In this document: positions 38,356 to 51,649 of the stretch, one piece after another
How the letters are laid out: each line of letters opens with the position of its first letter
Position numbering within the stretch: the stretch's first letter is position 1
Assembly (NCBI RefSeq): GCF_021869535.1
Contig: NW_026262745.1
Span: forward strand, 85,064,001-85,128,000
Length of the DNA: 64,000 nucleotides
DNA from: Mytilus californianus
Lineage: Eukaryota
Reading direction: 5' to 3'
Made by a program: the position numbers and the translations under genes
Notes under the pieces: model-generated
The model's database searches: none
What the model was told of the DNA's origin: nothing
What the model saw: the letters and a program-made list of their open reading frames with translations, nothing else

Positions 38356-41300
38356 GATCTAACTTTTTTGTCATGGCTATGTGAAAACATGCAAGCAAAT
38401 TACCGTTGACACAGTTTCTTTTGTATGTCAGCTATATCTTGGTTCGATATATGCGTTACATCCTATATTGTTCATAAAAATTATGCAAATATTTGGAACT
38501 TTCTTTGTCCTTCCCCATTTTATTAATATTAACAAGTCTTTGAAAAAAAGGTTGACCCACACCCCCATCGGCTTTTGTAAAAATATATCCCCATTTTCCT
38601 TATAATAGGAAGATAAGTTATCTCCATTACCGTTCCAAGGTTAAGTTCGTTAATTATCTCATATATACGTGTGTAAATAAACAAAGAAACAGAAAGACAG
38701 TTAAAAATCCTCCAAAAAGAAAATATATTATTTAATATCATAGATGGGGCTAATGAAATCATATAAATTAATACAGAATAACAAGATTTTTTTCAACATT
38801 AGTGGTCGGCACGTTATTATTAGTATTTCCTATTATACGTCTTTGGAAATAAACTTATGTTCTTTTTGTAATACTCTCACTTATAAGACCCGTGTCCGAT
38901 TATTTATACACGAATCAAATAATATCAGGAGGATAACATTTCTTTAGAAACAAAACCAAATTGTTGACTAAGATAAAAGATATACAGTCACATGGGCTTT
39001 TCCCACCAATCAGTTAAGCATTTGCTATAGAGAGGCGTCTGTCTGTCTGTTTGTCTGTACGGGTTGTATAAATACTCAGCTACATTCGGTTTGAACGAAG
39101 CAGTTCAATTCTATGGCTTGAGTAGAAATAATGCCACACCGTCTTCACTATACAGAACCTTTGTACATTACTCATTGAAGGGTTCGTAATTTGCCTGTTT
39201 GCAAGACAAATTTTCTGTCTATATTAATATTCAAAATATTCCTACTTTCCAGTAGCTCTAAGCTATCAAAATTTCCTGTTCGTCATTTTCGTCGACTAAT
39301 ATTGAAAAACCTACATACAAGATTTTCTTTTTATGTATTAACGTCCTGAAATTGGTTGAAATATTGGCCACTGAACATTGAGTAATAGGTTTTTTTTTTA
39401 TATTTATGGGTGTGTGTATAAAGGACATCAAATTATACATTTCAAAAACAAACAGATCTCAAAGAATAAATCTAGTAAACAACGACCAGCAAATGATAGA
39501 TTTCAAACTTTATTCAGCAATTATATAGAATGTTTCAGAAGGTAATTTTCTCTCATATAGTATACATGTGACACAAAGCAATCTAATTTTTCATCATTCA
39601 GATCATTGTTAGCAACACATATATTTTTTACTAGTATTCGATATAAACATTGAACAATTTAATTGTCGTAAGTAAAACTTTAAATTCGATTTATCAATAT
39701 TTTTTTACTACAACTATGAACATATAAAATGTGTAAATATTTTTGGGGTATTCTCCATCGATAAAAATTTATAGACTTCCATTTAACAATTTAAGGGTTT
39801 CGTACGTGGCATGTTGGAAGGCTAAATTGCAGAACCTACCTGAAACCTATTTGAAACCAGACGATAACCAAACAGCAACAAATCAATGTTTTATATTCAA
39901 TCAAACTAATTTCCCTTGTTTTCGTATAAACTCAACTGTCTGTATCTCATTCTCGGGGGAACTTTTCATACTAGAGGATAAAATGTGACAGGTTCTGATA
40001 TCGCATGTTTAAAATTTCGGTCCTATCAGTCTGGGTTTTTTTTTCATAATAGTTTGGTCTTGCTATTTCGTTTAAGGATCCTCCTGTAAATCTTGAGAAT
40101 CAGTTTATATTCTACTACACATTATTGATTTTTGTTCATTGTTGTAGGTCGTACGTTGCTTATGTCATTTGGTCTTTGCTGAATAGTTGTCGCATTGTCA
40201 ATCTTACTAAAGTTTTCTGTATGCCAATCAAAGCGCCAATCAGCTCCACATCACTGTATCAGGCTATTTCGATTGACATAAAAACCTAGAAAATGTGCTC
40301 ATGGTTTGAAAAACAGGTAATATAAATTATGTTAAATCGATTTTTTTTTTAATTTGAAACACAGTTCAATATATTTTTTAAGATATTCAGAATATCCCAG
40401 CTTAATGTTGTCATATAAGTTTAATTTTTCTTTTTATGTACTATATGCACCTTTAAAAATCCAAACTGTATATTCATTCGAACATATACAGTATATCGAT
40501 ATTACACTTAACTGTGGCCAAGCTTAGCGAAAGGCCGTGCGACATAATCAGTCAAACAAACTTTATTAGATTAACATGTTAAGGAACGATCGTTGTCATT
40601 GGTCAATTGACACCTTCGTCCTCAAATAAACTTTCAAGCCCCGCCCAAGCACACCTGCGAAAATAGAACACGCGTACATTAACCGATCGAAAGTTGAATG
40701 GACTGGTCACGTACAGGATTGTCATGCCAATTCTAGCTTATATACGTGCATGTAAAATTTATCTATATTATAATTTTGTGCAATAGTTCTAATATGGTTC
40801 TTTGTTTTAAATTTTTGAAATTGATAACAAAGATTCTTTAATAACGGATTCCGCGAAATATTGAACCCAACTGTCTCCTCTCAGAAATAGTTCTGGACTA
40901 ACCCCGTGCACTTTTTCAATCTGTTAAGTTACATCATTATGTGTTTGCAATGATAACAAATTAGGAAATATGAATGAAATTGCTCGATAATGTTGGATAA
41001 ACGCAAATAAGACCGTAACTTCAAAAATAGCCAAATTACATGTACATAATAAAGATATAATTGATCGATTTTACAGTAAATAGGGTGGTAAAATAAACTG
41101 CTCATTGTTCATATTCTATCGTCAGTATATCATAGCTCCCTCCTCGACCCTATAACTAGGCTCACTTATACAAAACTTTTTTTATAAATATGAAACTACA
41201 TAGAAATAAAGAAATGGAATCCAAATGACTAGTTTTAAATGACAACTTAAATTTACATCATTGCATGGAATAATCCAGTAACTTTTTCAACAGGGATGCT

Positions 41301-41975
41301 TGGGGTGTTAGGGATTCGACTTTGGAGAGTGTGATTTGTTTTTCTAATTCAGTTATTTTTTTTTATAACTCCATAAATTCTATGTAAATTCAGAGCAGGT
41401 AACCATGCTTAGTTTGGAGATGACAAAACATTGGCCGCAGTGAAAGGAAATGTACTTTATGTAACTCAGGCGATATAGGTTATTAATTTTTATTTCATGA
41501 TATATTTTGCTATTCTATGTTAAAAAAGAATGTACATTATATTATGTAAATGTTTACATAGACCAAGTATTCTGTCAATTAACTCACTGTTTGGTAATGA
41601 AAAACAATCAGTTTAAAGAAGTGTGTTTATTCATTAAATGTATCAATAAAAAGAGGATCGAATCCGTCCTTGTACATGTATTTTGTCATCCTTAATTTCT
41701 AAATATTTCGTTTAACAGCTTATTATACATGTATGATGTTGTACTTCATTTTAACCTCATTGTTATAAGTTTACTGAGAAACATACAATATTAATAAAAT
41801 ACAATAAAATTGAATGTAAACAAATTCAGTATATACGAAAATAAGGAGATGTGGTATGATTGCCAATGAGACAACTATCCACCAAAGTGATATATAGGAC
41901 GCTTATTTAAAATGAAGTCACAATGTTATCAAGACGAAGTATTTAAAAAAAAATTCATTAGCGGATTCAGATGTA

Positions 41976-42423
41976 GGGGTAAATTCAGTAAAAAATCTCC
42001 CATTGACTGTAATGCTAATCTATGTCTTGAATTAAATTTATACCTGATTTACCTTTAGAAATTAGAAAATTTCATATATCATTCATGAAAGTACAAATGT
42101 AGCCCTATCATTTGCAACAATAAAAACATAGGGTCATGCGGCATTTTTGGGCATTCACATGGCCTTGTTTACAAACACTGTAGATTCGCACTTAATTCCT
42201 TCACTGACCCCATTACTTTTCAACCCTGTAGTAAAAAAATTTAGTACATTCAGCATTTATTTTTTATTTTTTTTCAACTCTAGTTTTTATCCATCTATCA
42301 AAAAATATTTATTACAAACATTATCTACCAATCAGAAGAGCACATGACTTCAGTTTTATACAGAAAGCTCTCCCCCAAATGGGCGGTCCCTGATGACGTA
42401 TATTTATTTACTGAATTTACCCC
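41976..42423. mobile_element. 448-bp TIR element, copy 1
   Basis: 17-bp perfect TIR GGGGTAAATTCAGTAAA; left flank TGTA, right flank TATA. Confidence 0.9.
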
Positions 42424-43665
42424 TATAAGGGACTTTTTAGTAGCTTTTCCCTCTTTTTTTGTAATAATCATGTAATGTATCCAATTTTCAAGTTCCAGTT
42501 TCAATACAACATTCATAAATGCTGAACTTGTAAAGATAGAGGAAAATTTATACTACAGCCCATACTGCGGCCAATGTATATTTGGTATATAAAGTTGCAT
42601 ATTGACTGTTTGTAAAAGAATGGTGTAAAATACTATGCTTAATAAATATGAATTGTTTTCTGTGTTTGCTTTGACCAGTATTGCAAGTACATCTAGAAAC
42701 TAAAGTCTTGATGTACTCTTAGTTAAATTTTGCCTTATATGGAAGTTTTTTATTAAATACCCTGAAAAGACCACAAAAACACTTTTCAAAGGTTTTTTTA
42801 AGCAGTTTCATACAAAAAAAACCAACAATTATGTTTCATTTTACTAAATTTGTGTTTTAATTACTTGTAAAGTTCACAAAATGCCATTGACAATCACTCT
42901 GCAGAAATTCCTGTTACCCCAACATCAGGATGGTTTCTTCGCCAAAACTAGACAGACAAAACTGAAGTAGAAAAAAGTGCCAAATATGAAAAAATAAGAC
43001 TGGGTATGACCAAACTTTGCATTTGGAAGATTAAAGTAACAATTTAGAATATTTAAAAGCAATTATTTAACATAGTAATCCAATTACAAACATTTCAACA
43101 CTAGTTTCATAGATGAAGGGCATGTAATCATATAAAGTTATCTACAATTTTTTTTAAATAAAGAAACGCAATGCGTTATGTAAAAATAAATGAATATCTT
43201 CATGCGGTCAGATTATTCAAGTGTTAAAATACTTGAAAAGTGCTTATTTACAACTTGTTCTACAACTTAACATGGTGAAACACAGCTAAAAAAAATACAC
43301 TGTCAAAGGGAGGTAATTCTGATTTTCCATATGATTTTACACATAATGAGGAGAAATATGTGCAAAATGTGTTGTAAAATGGGGGGAATATTTATGCCTT
43401 TCATTGATATCATAACTCTCAAGTGTAATTTCTATTGTTTCTTTCAATCTGGACACAAAAACTGATTTTTACCATATACCCCATGCTTCCTCTCACAGTA
43501 CACTCAGTGCATCTTCGATAGCCGAATTAACATAGAAATTTGTGTAAAAAACAACTTCAAATGACTCCAAAATGCTTCCATTACATTAATATACACAGGA
43601 AATAAGTTTTGTGATTATTGTGTGGCCTTGGACAAGTACAGTGACAGAATGCATATTTTCCTATA

Positions 43666-44113
43666 GGGGTAAATTCAGTAAAAAATCTCCCATTGACTGT
43701 AATGCTAATCTATGTCTTGAATTAAATTTATACCTGATTTACCTTTAGAAATTAGAAAATTTCATATATCATTCATGAAAGTACAAATGTAGCCCTATCA
43801 TTTGCAACAATAAAAACATAGGGTCATGCGGCATTTTTGGGCATTCACATGGCCTTGTTTACAAACACTGTAGATTCGCACTTACTTCCTTCACTGACCC
43901 CATTACTTTTCAACCCTGTAGTAAAAAAATTTAGTACATTCAGCATTTATTTTTTATTTTTTTTCAACTCTAGTTTTTATCCATCTATCAAAAAATATTT
44001 ATTACAAACATTATCTACCAATCAGAAGAGCACATGACTTCAGTTTTATACAGAAAGCTCTCCCCCAAATGGGCGGTCCCTGATGACGTATATTTATTTA
44101 CTGAATTTACCCC
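43666..44113. mobile_element. 448-bp TIR element, copy 2 (direct orientation; one substitution seen versus copy 1)
   Basis: Same TIRs; A42195 corresponds to C43885; left flank TATA, right flank TGTA. Confidence 0.9.
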
Positions 44114-45509
44114 TGTAGGATACTGGTAGTACTTATAGAAAGATATTTTATTCTAATATTTTTAAGATTTGGAAAAATAAAATATCTTTCTATAATTATG
44201 TACTTGTAACGATGTTACATTTCAATCCTTTTAGACAAACATTTTATTTTCGTAGTAACCATGATAGTACCATACACATCTATGATAGTACATTCCATAC
44301 TACGTCAATTATGTTCATTCACTTGCACAATACGATCATTGATGTTTTGTTTCTACCTTTCGATGAATGAATGGGACAATGTGTTTCGTTTGTGATACGT
44401 TCTTTCTGAATGACAAAACGCTTAGCTTCTGTATGTTCGTTTTATAGCATGAAAAAAAAATGTGCAACCCATCATAAATCATATTATTATGAGATCCTTA
44501 TTACATGTAGCTACGACATTGTCAGGACAATAACCTAGTATATGATTGTGTCCCGTCAGTATGAAAGAAAAATAAAAGTGGTTCATATATTCATCCATAT
44601 AAAAGTGGCACTTGTGTTTATCCTTATATTTTTTTCATAATCCGGTACGTCATGATAACTGTGTTGTTGCTTAAAGAACATTTCTAAATAAAAAATATCA
44701 CAAGTTTAATATTTCGACCCCACTATTTGAAAATCAGGCGACAACACAGCATTTTTTAATTCTTATTACGTTCGTAGTAACATTGTACATTCTGTTGTCT
44801 GTCACCTGTGTCAATTCACGTGCACACTACGATTGTTATTCTATTTAAATCTTTGTGTGTTTGTGAAACGCCAGAATGTTATCAATGAATTGTCAAACGC
44901 TAAACTTGACTGCAGTTCAGTGTAATACTATTGAACGGTGTTTTATCTCATAACAGTATTTCACTTTCATATATAAGCCTTGCAATAGCATGCATATCAC
45001 AAGAGAGGCAATATAAACCAAAGGGATATTCAAACGCATCAGTAGAAAACAAACTGACAATGCCATGGCAAAAAAAACAGAAAAACGACGGAAAGACAAA
45101 CATCAGTACACAAAACACAACATAGAAAACTAAAGACATCAAATGGCATTCTCCATACAATTGGTAAAGTACTTCATCAAGCAAACGTATAGACTTCCTG
45201 CTATCATAACTGTGCTACGTGGATTAACACGGGTTTCTATTGGCCATTTATTGGCTCAGTAATGCCTTTTTATTAAATCATATCAATAAACAAATGCATT
45301 ACATCTATTTTATTATTTCATGACTTTATAAGGTTTATGTTCAATGAATTGAAAATGCTTCATGTATGCCCATCGTCCCATTACATCGGCTGGTAATCTC
45401 TTCTAAAATAAAAAGATAAAATATAATCAAAAGTACAGACATACATACAGACAGACAGACAGACATGTATATATAAGTACATTATGTAATAGAGTACTAT
45501 GAATATCGG

Positions 45510-45533
45510 AGAGAGAGAGAGAGAGAAAGAGAG
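45510..45533. repeat. (AG)n microsatellite, next to a short (ACAG)n run at ~45445-45465
   Basis: Directly visible. Confidence 0.9.
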
Positions 45534-45608
45534 ATAACATAACTATAACAACGTTATACAGTAACGTAACCGTATCTGTTATACCATTACTGTACGTGCA
45601 AATAAAAT

Positions 45609-45941
45609 CATCATAGATACCAGGATTGAAATTTTGTATTTGCGCCAGACGAGCGTTTCGTCTACAAAAGACTCATCAGTGACACTGGAATAAAAAAAAG
45701 TTAAAAAGGCAAAATAAAGTACGAAGTTGAAGAGCATTGAGGACCAAAAATTCCTAAAAGTTTTGCCAAATACAGCTAAGGTAATCTATTCCTGAGGTAG
45801 AAAAGCCTCAGTTTTTCAAAAATTCAAAGTTTTGTAAACAGTTAATTTATAATTATGACCATATCAATGATAATTCATGTCAACACAGAAGTGCTGACTA
45901 CTGGGCTGGTGATACCCTCGGGGAATAAAAACTCCACCAGC
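45609..45941 (-). mobile_element. Penelope-type terminal repeat (pLTR-like) carrying a hammerhead ribozyme
   Basis: Contains the hammerhead motif listed separately; a related degenerate copy lies at ~47085-47260. Confidence 0.65.
45642..45685 (-). ncRNA. Minimal type I hammerhead ribozyme
   Basis: Minus strand GTGTCA CTGATGA GTCT TTTGT AGAC GAA ACGCTCGT C TGGCGC. Full catalytic core, 4-bp stem II, stem I GUGUCA/UGGCGC, short near-palindromic stem III, GUC cleavage triplet (cut after 45648). Confidence 0.85.
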
Positions 45942-47566
45942 TGCAAGACAACTTACATTCACACATGTCCTTATAAATGAGAAAAGTATTTACATAAACA
46001 TACATCACAAGCGAATTTTTACAGTCAACATTTATTTAAAAAAACCTAGGCGATTTTTACGTTACATGTCATGCTTATTTATCAATTTTTGTTTATCATA
46101 TATAAGGATGATAAGAAAAAATGACGTTTACGTCCCTATGACAAGTATTGAATGATTTTTAAAGGCTTTTTAGACGAAAACACATTGCGAATGATGTCGT
46201 GATATAGATAATTATGTTTTCAATTTTCAGATTTAATACTTTAAAAAGTTATACAAATAACTAAGTTTTAATTAATAGCTTTTTGTGATTGGATATGGCA
46301 AACTGTTTTTAACTTTTAAATGAAAATATCAGTGTAATTTTTTTATGTATTCGAGTCTGTCGTCTATATTAGATAACTGGTATTACTTACTGCTTTTTGC
46401 AACAGTGAATCAACAAGCACAAAGCCAGAGTAAACGTTATAACTATTGAATAAATTAGGATTCCAATCATCGCCCAATAATACGATGTTGATTTATCTCT
46501 TGCATCTACAAAAAAGTCGTAGAGTCTATGTTCACATACAATGGTAAATTATATTTGTTTGTTATGCTTGACACAACAATTAACCCATATGGAGACATAG
46601 AGGTGAATACACTAACAAATTATTAAGTCATTTTATCAATTCTTATTGCTTAGCCGATTTTGTCTAATTGGACTCTAAAGACCCGAAAGAGGAAACAAAT
46701 TATCTTAAATTTACAGAATTACATGTTAAATTTAAAATATTGCAGCTTCAGTTAAAATTATAGCCTTCATATGTTTAAGTCAGCCACACAATGGCGTTTA
46801 ATTACAAAAAAATGGAAAATTGGATAAAAAAATCGGAAAATTTGACTCGAACAGGAAACAGTATCAAGCACAACTGTTGCCAAATAAATATGCGCAATTT
46901 TTATATATATATTCAATTTACAAAATGATTTGTTGGGTTACGCGTTTATTCCGGTAAGTTGACTATTTTTTGTTTAAATTTCTAATTTCCCTTCTGACAT
47001 CACTTTAATGACGTCAAAGGCGGGAGTGTCTTCAAGATTTTCTAATAATCACATTTGGTGAATTACACCGCTAATTAAAAATTTATTGAAGATACCAGTC
47101 CTATATTTAGTAACATCAGATGCGAGTTTCGTCTAAATATGCCTCCTCAGCGGCGCTCGAATTAAAACAGTCTGAAGGCCATATCAAACACGAAGTTACA
47201 GAGCATTGAAAAACCTAACATTTCGACATACTGTACCGAAGACCCTATATTCCAGTGGTGAAACCCTTTGCATTTTGAATAATTGAGTATAAGTGAAGTA
47301 AAGGCAATTCATCACGTTTGTATTAATAAGACACTCGGTCTGTTTGCGTAAATGTATTGTCTAAAGGTGTCTCCTTGTGGTACAAAGTGAATCGAAGAGT
47401 TGTCGATTAAGAACTTAGCATTTATATAAAAAGATCTGCTAGTATCTTAAATCTGTAAACAGGATACATTAAGATTATTTTAAATGTATTGAGACTAAAA
47501 TATGAATCTATTTCCTTGCATATGAAAATTTATATTTAACTTTTACATTAAATAAATCTAAAATTA

Positions 47567-49648
47567 TTAATTACCATCATTTAACGAAGTGCCACAAATT
47601 TGAAATCCATTCGGGACATTTGGATGATTTGTTGGTGACTCATTTATCATCATCCCCATACCATTGGTATTGTGTAAATCTATATGACAATGAAAAAACC
47701 ATACTCCTGGGTTATCGGCCTTAAATCTAATGACAACGTAACCACCAGTTGGAACGATAATTGAATCTTTTTGAGGTGGATTATTCCAATTAAGAAAGGG
47801 ATGAGATCCGTTTGACCATGAGTTGTTTCGCCATTTTGCATAAGAACAAAATATTTTCGGGTCATTGCAAATTAAATCTTGATTGTCCTGACCTCCATTT
47901 TGAACAAGCCTGCCTGAATTTTTATCGTAGTTACCAAATGCCATTTTCATGACATAAAACGAGTGTCCATGCAAATGTATCGGATGAGACCAACCAGAAC
48001 CATTTCCAATATTAGTCAACACAAACTGGTATATCTTGTCTTTATTTGGACTATGTAATGTTACAGCATAAGTGCATTGACAAATAGTGGTTTCATTACA
48101 AGCATCACAGTTGTAGTCTACTGTATCGGGATGTTCGTATGCACCAACTGATGGCGGTTGAAACTGGTGACCATTCACTGACCCTGGTGTGTATCCTTTA
48201 TCGCCAGGGAATGCAAAATTAAAAAAGTGTTCAATTGCATCGCCTTCTACATCCTCTGTGTGGGAATTAGGGTCTGCTGATCTGACATCATTCAATGAGA
48301 GACATCTTCGATTTTCAGCTGCAGGATAATACGCAAATGGACAATTAAAAACTGTTCACGTTGTTAAACAGACTTCCTCTTTGGCCTTTGCTGGATTTAG
48401 ATTTATTTTGTTTTGCGAACTGTTATAAAAGATAATTGCTTCGGCAACATGATATTGATTTCTTTGTTTGGCTTCAACTTCTAATGTTTCGGCAACTAGT
48501 AAGTACGTTCCTGGAGTTTGGTTAGCAACCATTAAAAAATCGATCCTTTCACCAGGATGGATTATGAAGGATTCAACTGGTTCCTTTTCTATTTCAAAAC
48601 CATCTGATGCTACTATATATATTGATTGGTGTTGCTGTACAAAAACCCGAAATGGATATAGAGTAGCTGCACTAATTACTCGGAATCTATAAGTCTGATT
48701 ACTTTGTACTACAAATCTTGTAAGTGGAGAGCCATTGGTTTGGTTGTTTGTAAGATAAAAACGCCCTCGACCATTGATAAGACCGGAATGGAATTGAAAT
48801 CTACTGTACATGGCACCAGATAAGTCTGACGTTGTGTTATATAGACGTCCTGTGTTCATGTCGTAATCACCTACCAGCATTTTCTGGTACAGAACATCAG
48901 CATCGTCGTTATGATTCCAGTCTTGTATAGCTACAACAAATACATTGCTTCCTTCTTGGGGCTGAGAAATATTTTGACCACGCATTGGAAGAATAATCAG
49001 CGGTCCATACAGACCCATTGTCCTTTGATCCCCGATATGGGCATGGTAAAAACTGGTCCCAAATGGTTTTCCTTTAAACTGGTATGTGAAATTTTGTCCT
49101 GGGAGTATAGGACATTGCGAAACGAAGGCTACCCCATCTGACCAAGGTGTATTTTTCTGTTGCATACCATGCCAGTGAATGGTTACAGCATCCGTATGCA
49201 ACAAGTTACGAACGTGTACAATTATATCTTGATATTCATACGCAGTGATTGCAGGTCCAGGAAATCGTCCATTTAATAATATAACGATTTTCGAGTGATT
49301 TCCATCAGCTAAAACAAATGTGTCTTCTTTTTGTTGATCGTATGTCTGCCCAGTATGATAGTTAACAGCCCTTCCATTTAATGGCTTTAACAGTATTGCC
49401 TGTGTTGAATTGGGTCCTTTGTAAATCATACTAAGTTTATGGTCTACAGTCAGAAAGCATTCACAAATTAAGTCGGTCTCTCTACATGTTCCTTCTTTAC
49501 AAGCAGTTCCATTTTTTTGAAGTTGATCGAATAAATCTTTGTCTGTCATTTCTGATGTTGAAATATCCACAAATACAATAACAGTAAAGAAAAAGCAAAT
49601 ATGTCTGAAAACAAAAGAATAATAATTAGTGTGTATCATCAAAAACAT
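47567..49648 (-). pseudogene. Intronless secreted multicopper oxidase (laccase-like), 693 codons including one in-frame TGA at 48356-48358
   Basis: The two listed ORFs share a frame (EEVCLTT*TVFNCPFAYYP). Copper motifs TIHWHG, FYHAH, HPIHLHGH and WFFHCHIDLHNTNGM (axial Met) all present; hydrophobic N-terminus. Confidence 0.9.
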
Positions 49649-51649
49649 GAATCGTTTAAATTTGATTAGACAATGTTTTAATTTTGAAAAAAAGAAAAAA
49701 AACTGCGGTGTTTTGCTTTATGTTCTCTAGTAAGACATCATCTTAATGCCTTTGCTTCAATACGGGGTTATTGTATCATGGTTATAATGACTTTATACTG
49801 CCTTTTCGTAAATTTTCTTTGTTCGTGGTGTATTCTGTTTTTCATCGACTTTTTTTGTTCATTTTCACGTTGATATTTGATCCCTTTTCTTAAGAAAAAC
49901 GAAACATATTTTTATTAAATTTTTGTATTTTCTATTCATATCGTATCTGATCAAATGAGTACTTGTCAATAAAACAATCAAACTATAAGTCTTTAAGTCA
50001 ACATTGGTATCATTTTAAAAACTTTTATAAATATTTTATCTATAATGGGTTTTGTTAACATTGAAACTTTATAAAAGTTAAAACTGTGAGGATTGATTTT
50101 TGCATATTATTACATTGCATAGGCGTAGCATTCCCGAAAATAATGGTACGGTTTTGAAAATTAGACATGAGGGACACGAATTGTTCCTCAAGCCTCGCAA
50201 AGCGAGGCTTCATTATGGCAGGGGGTCTGGGGGCCGCTCAAGGCCCCCATAAGCTCTGGGGTTAATAGCGTTAAAATCCTGCATTCTAGGTGTTTCCTGG
50301 CACTAAAAATTGTTTTTGAAAAGCAGCATGTTTTACTTGACAACTTGAAAAAAAAAAAAATATGAATGTCTGTGTTCCAATCACTTGCGGGTTTTGTAGT
50401 TTTAAATTTTTTCCCCATTTTTGTGTAATTTACATAGCAAGATCGGTGAATGAGAACAACACGAGCATATTATACCTTGCCACTTCACCACAAATCATTG
50501 CGTAAAGTTCATGATTTATAAGATACTTCTATCAGTTTATTTGTAATAAAATCTTAGTATTTTTTTACAAATTGAAACAATAGTGTGCTAGCAACTATTG
50601 AGCTATAGTTAATAGAAAAGTGAATTGAAATGGGAAATGTGTCAATACAATACCGGAACCCTTACACACTGGGGTAGGCTGCATCCGGCCACGAAACAAC
50701 GATGTAAACTGGTTCAGAGGAATTCACTCTCTTCAAAACTCCATAACACACAAAAGAACTAAAACTGAAAACAATACAGGAAAAACAAAGGCCAGAGGTT
50801 CCTGACTTGGGACAGGCGCATAATTTCGTTGGGGTTAACATGTTTTAATGTGAACTTTCAAGACAACCACTTAAGTCGACACTATGGGGGTCGTCTTGAC
50901 CTTGTAGGATATGAAATTTTGAAAAACATGCAGCGACTGTCAAGACGAAGAAATGAAATAAAGCACTGTGTTTCTTGATTATTTGTATCTTGTCTATATG
51001 TATTGTGTACGATTTTGTCATATGCACATTTACTCGAGAGCCCGTCGCAATTACCGTGATTTTTTTGGATGTCTTGCACTTACCCTTCTGGAGCACCTGA
51101 GGTCGACCCAGTTTTTTTTCGGGGTCCGTGTTTCTTATTTGTTTTTAGTTTTCAATGTTGAATGGTGTTGTTTGTCCTTGTGTGTCATATTTGTTCCCTG
51201 GTTTGTCTTTTGTCCATTGATCGCGATTCTTTTTTGAATGTCGCTTCGGTTGTCAGTTAACTACATAACACCTTTTTAACATGTTGGTGGCTTTGTAATT
51301 TTCTGATTGAAAACTTTATTACATAAGAAATCACTTTTCAGATTTCAAAGGACTAATGATATTTACCGGTAGCGGTTGGGGGATCTCCCCATCTCTGATT
51401 TTACTTCGATGAAAAATACCAAAATCACCTTTGCAAAAAGGAAAACTTTTTTCACGTTAGAATAATAAGGAATGTTTTCCCTACTTGTCTATTTCTAATA
51501 TAAGTTTGCATTTTTTTCCCTATCCAAAAACAAACCATGATATCCCCACGAAATGGGATGCCGCCCCCCCCTTTTCCTCCTCGGTCGGTAAAAATGATAA
51601 GCCCGTAATCAGTACACGTATCATGTTAAGAAACGTATGAAGAATAACT

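Noticed and set aside
41976-44113. 448-bp direct repeats as LTRs of a retrotransposon or TRIM
   Set aside because: No TG...CA ends, PBS or PPT; each repeat has its own perfect TIRs.
47200-47566. SECIS element in the laccase 3' region
   Set aside because: No AUGA/GA quartet with an apical AA at the right spacing could be found by eye.
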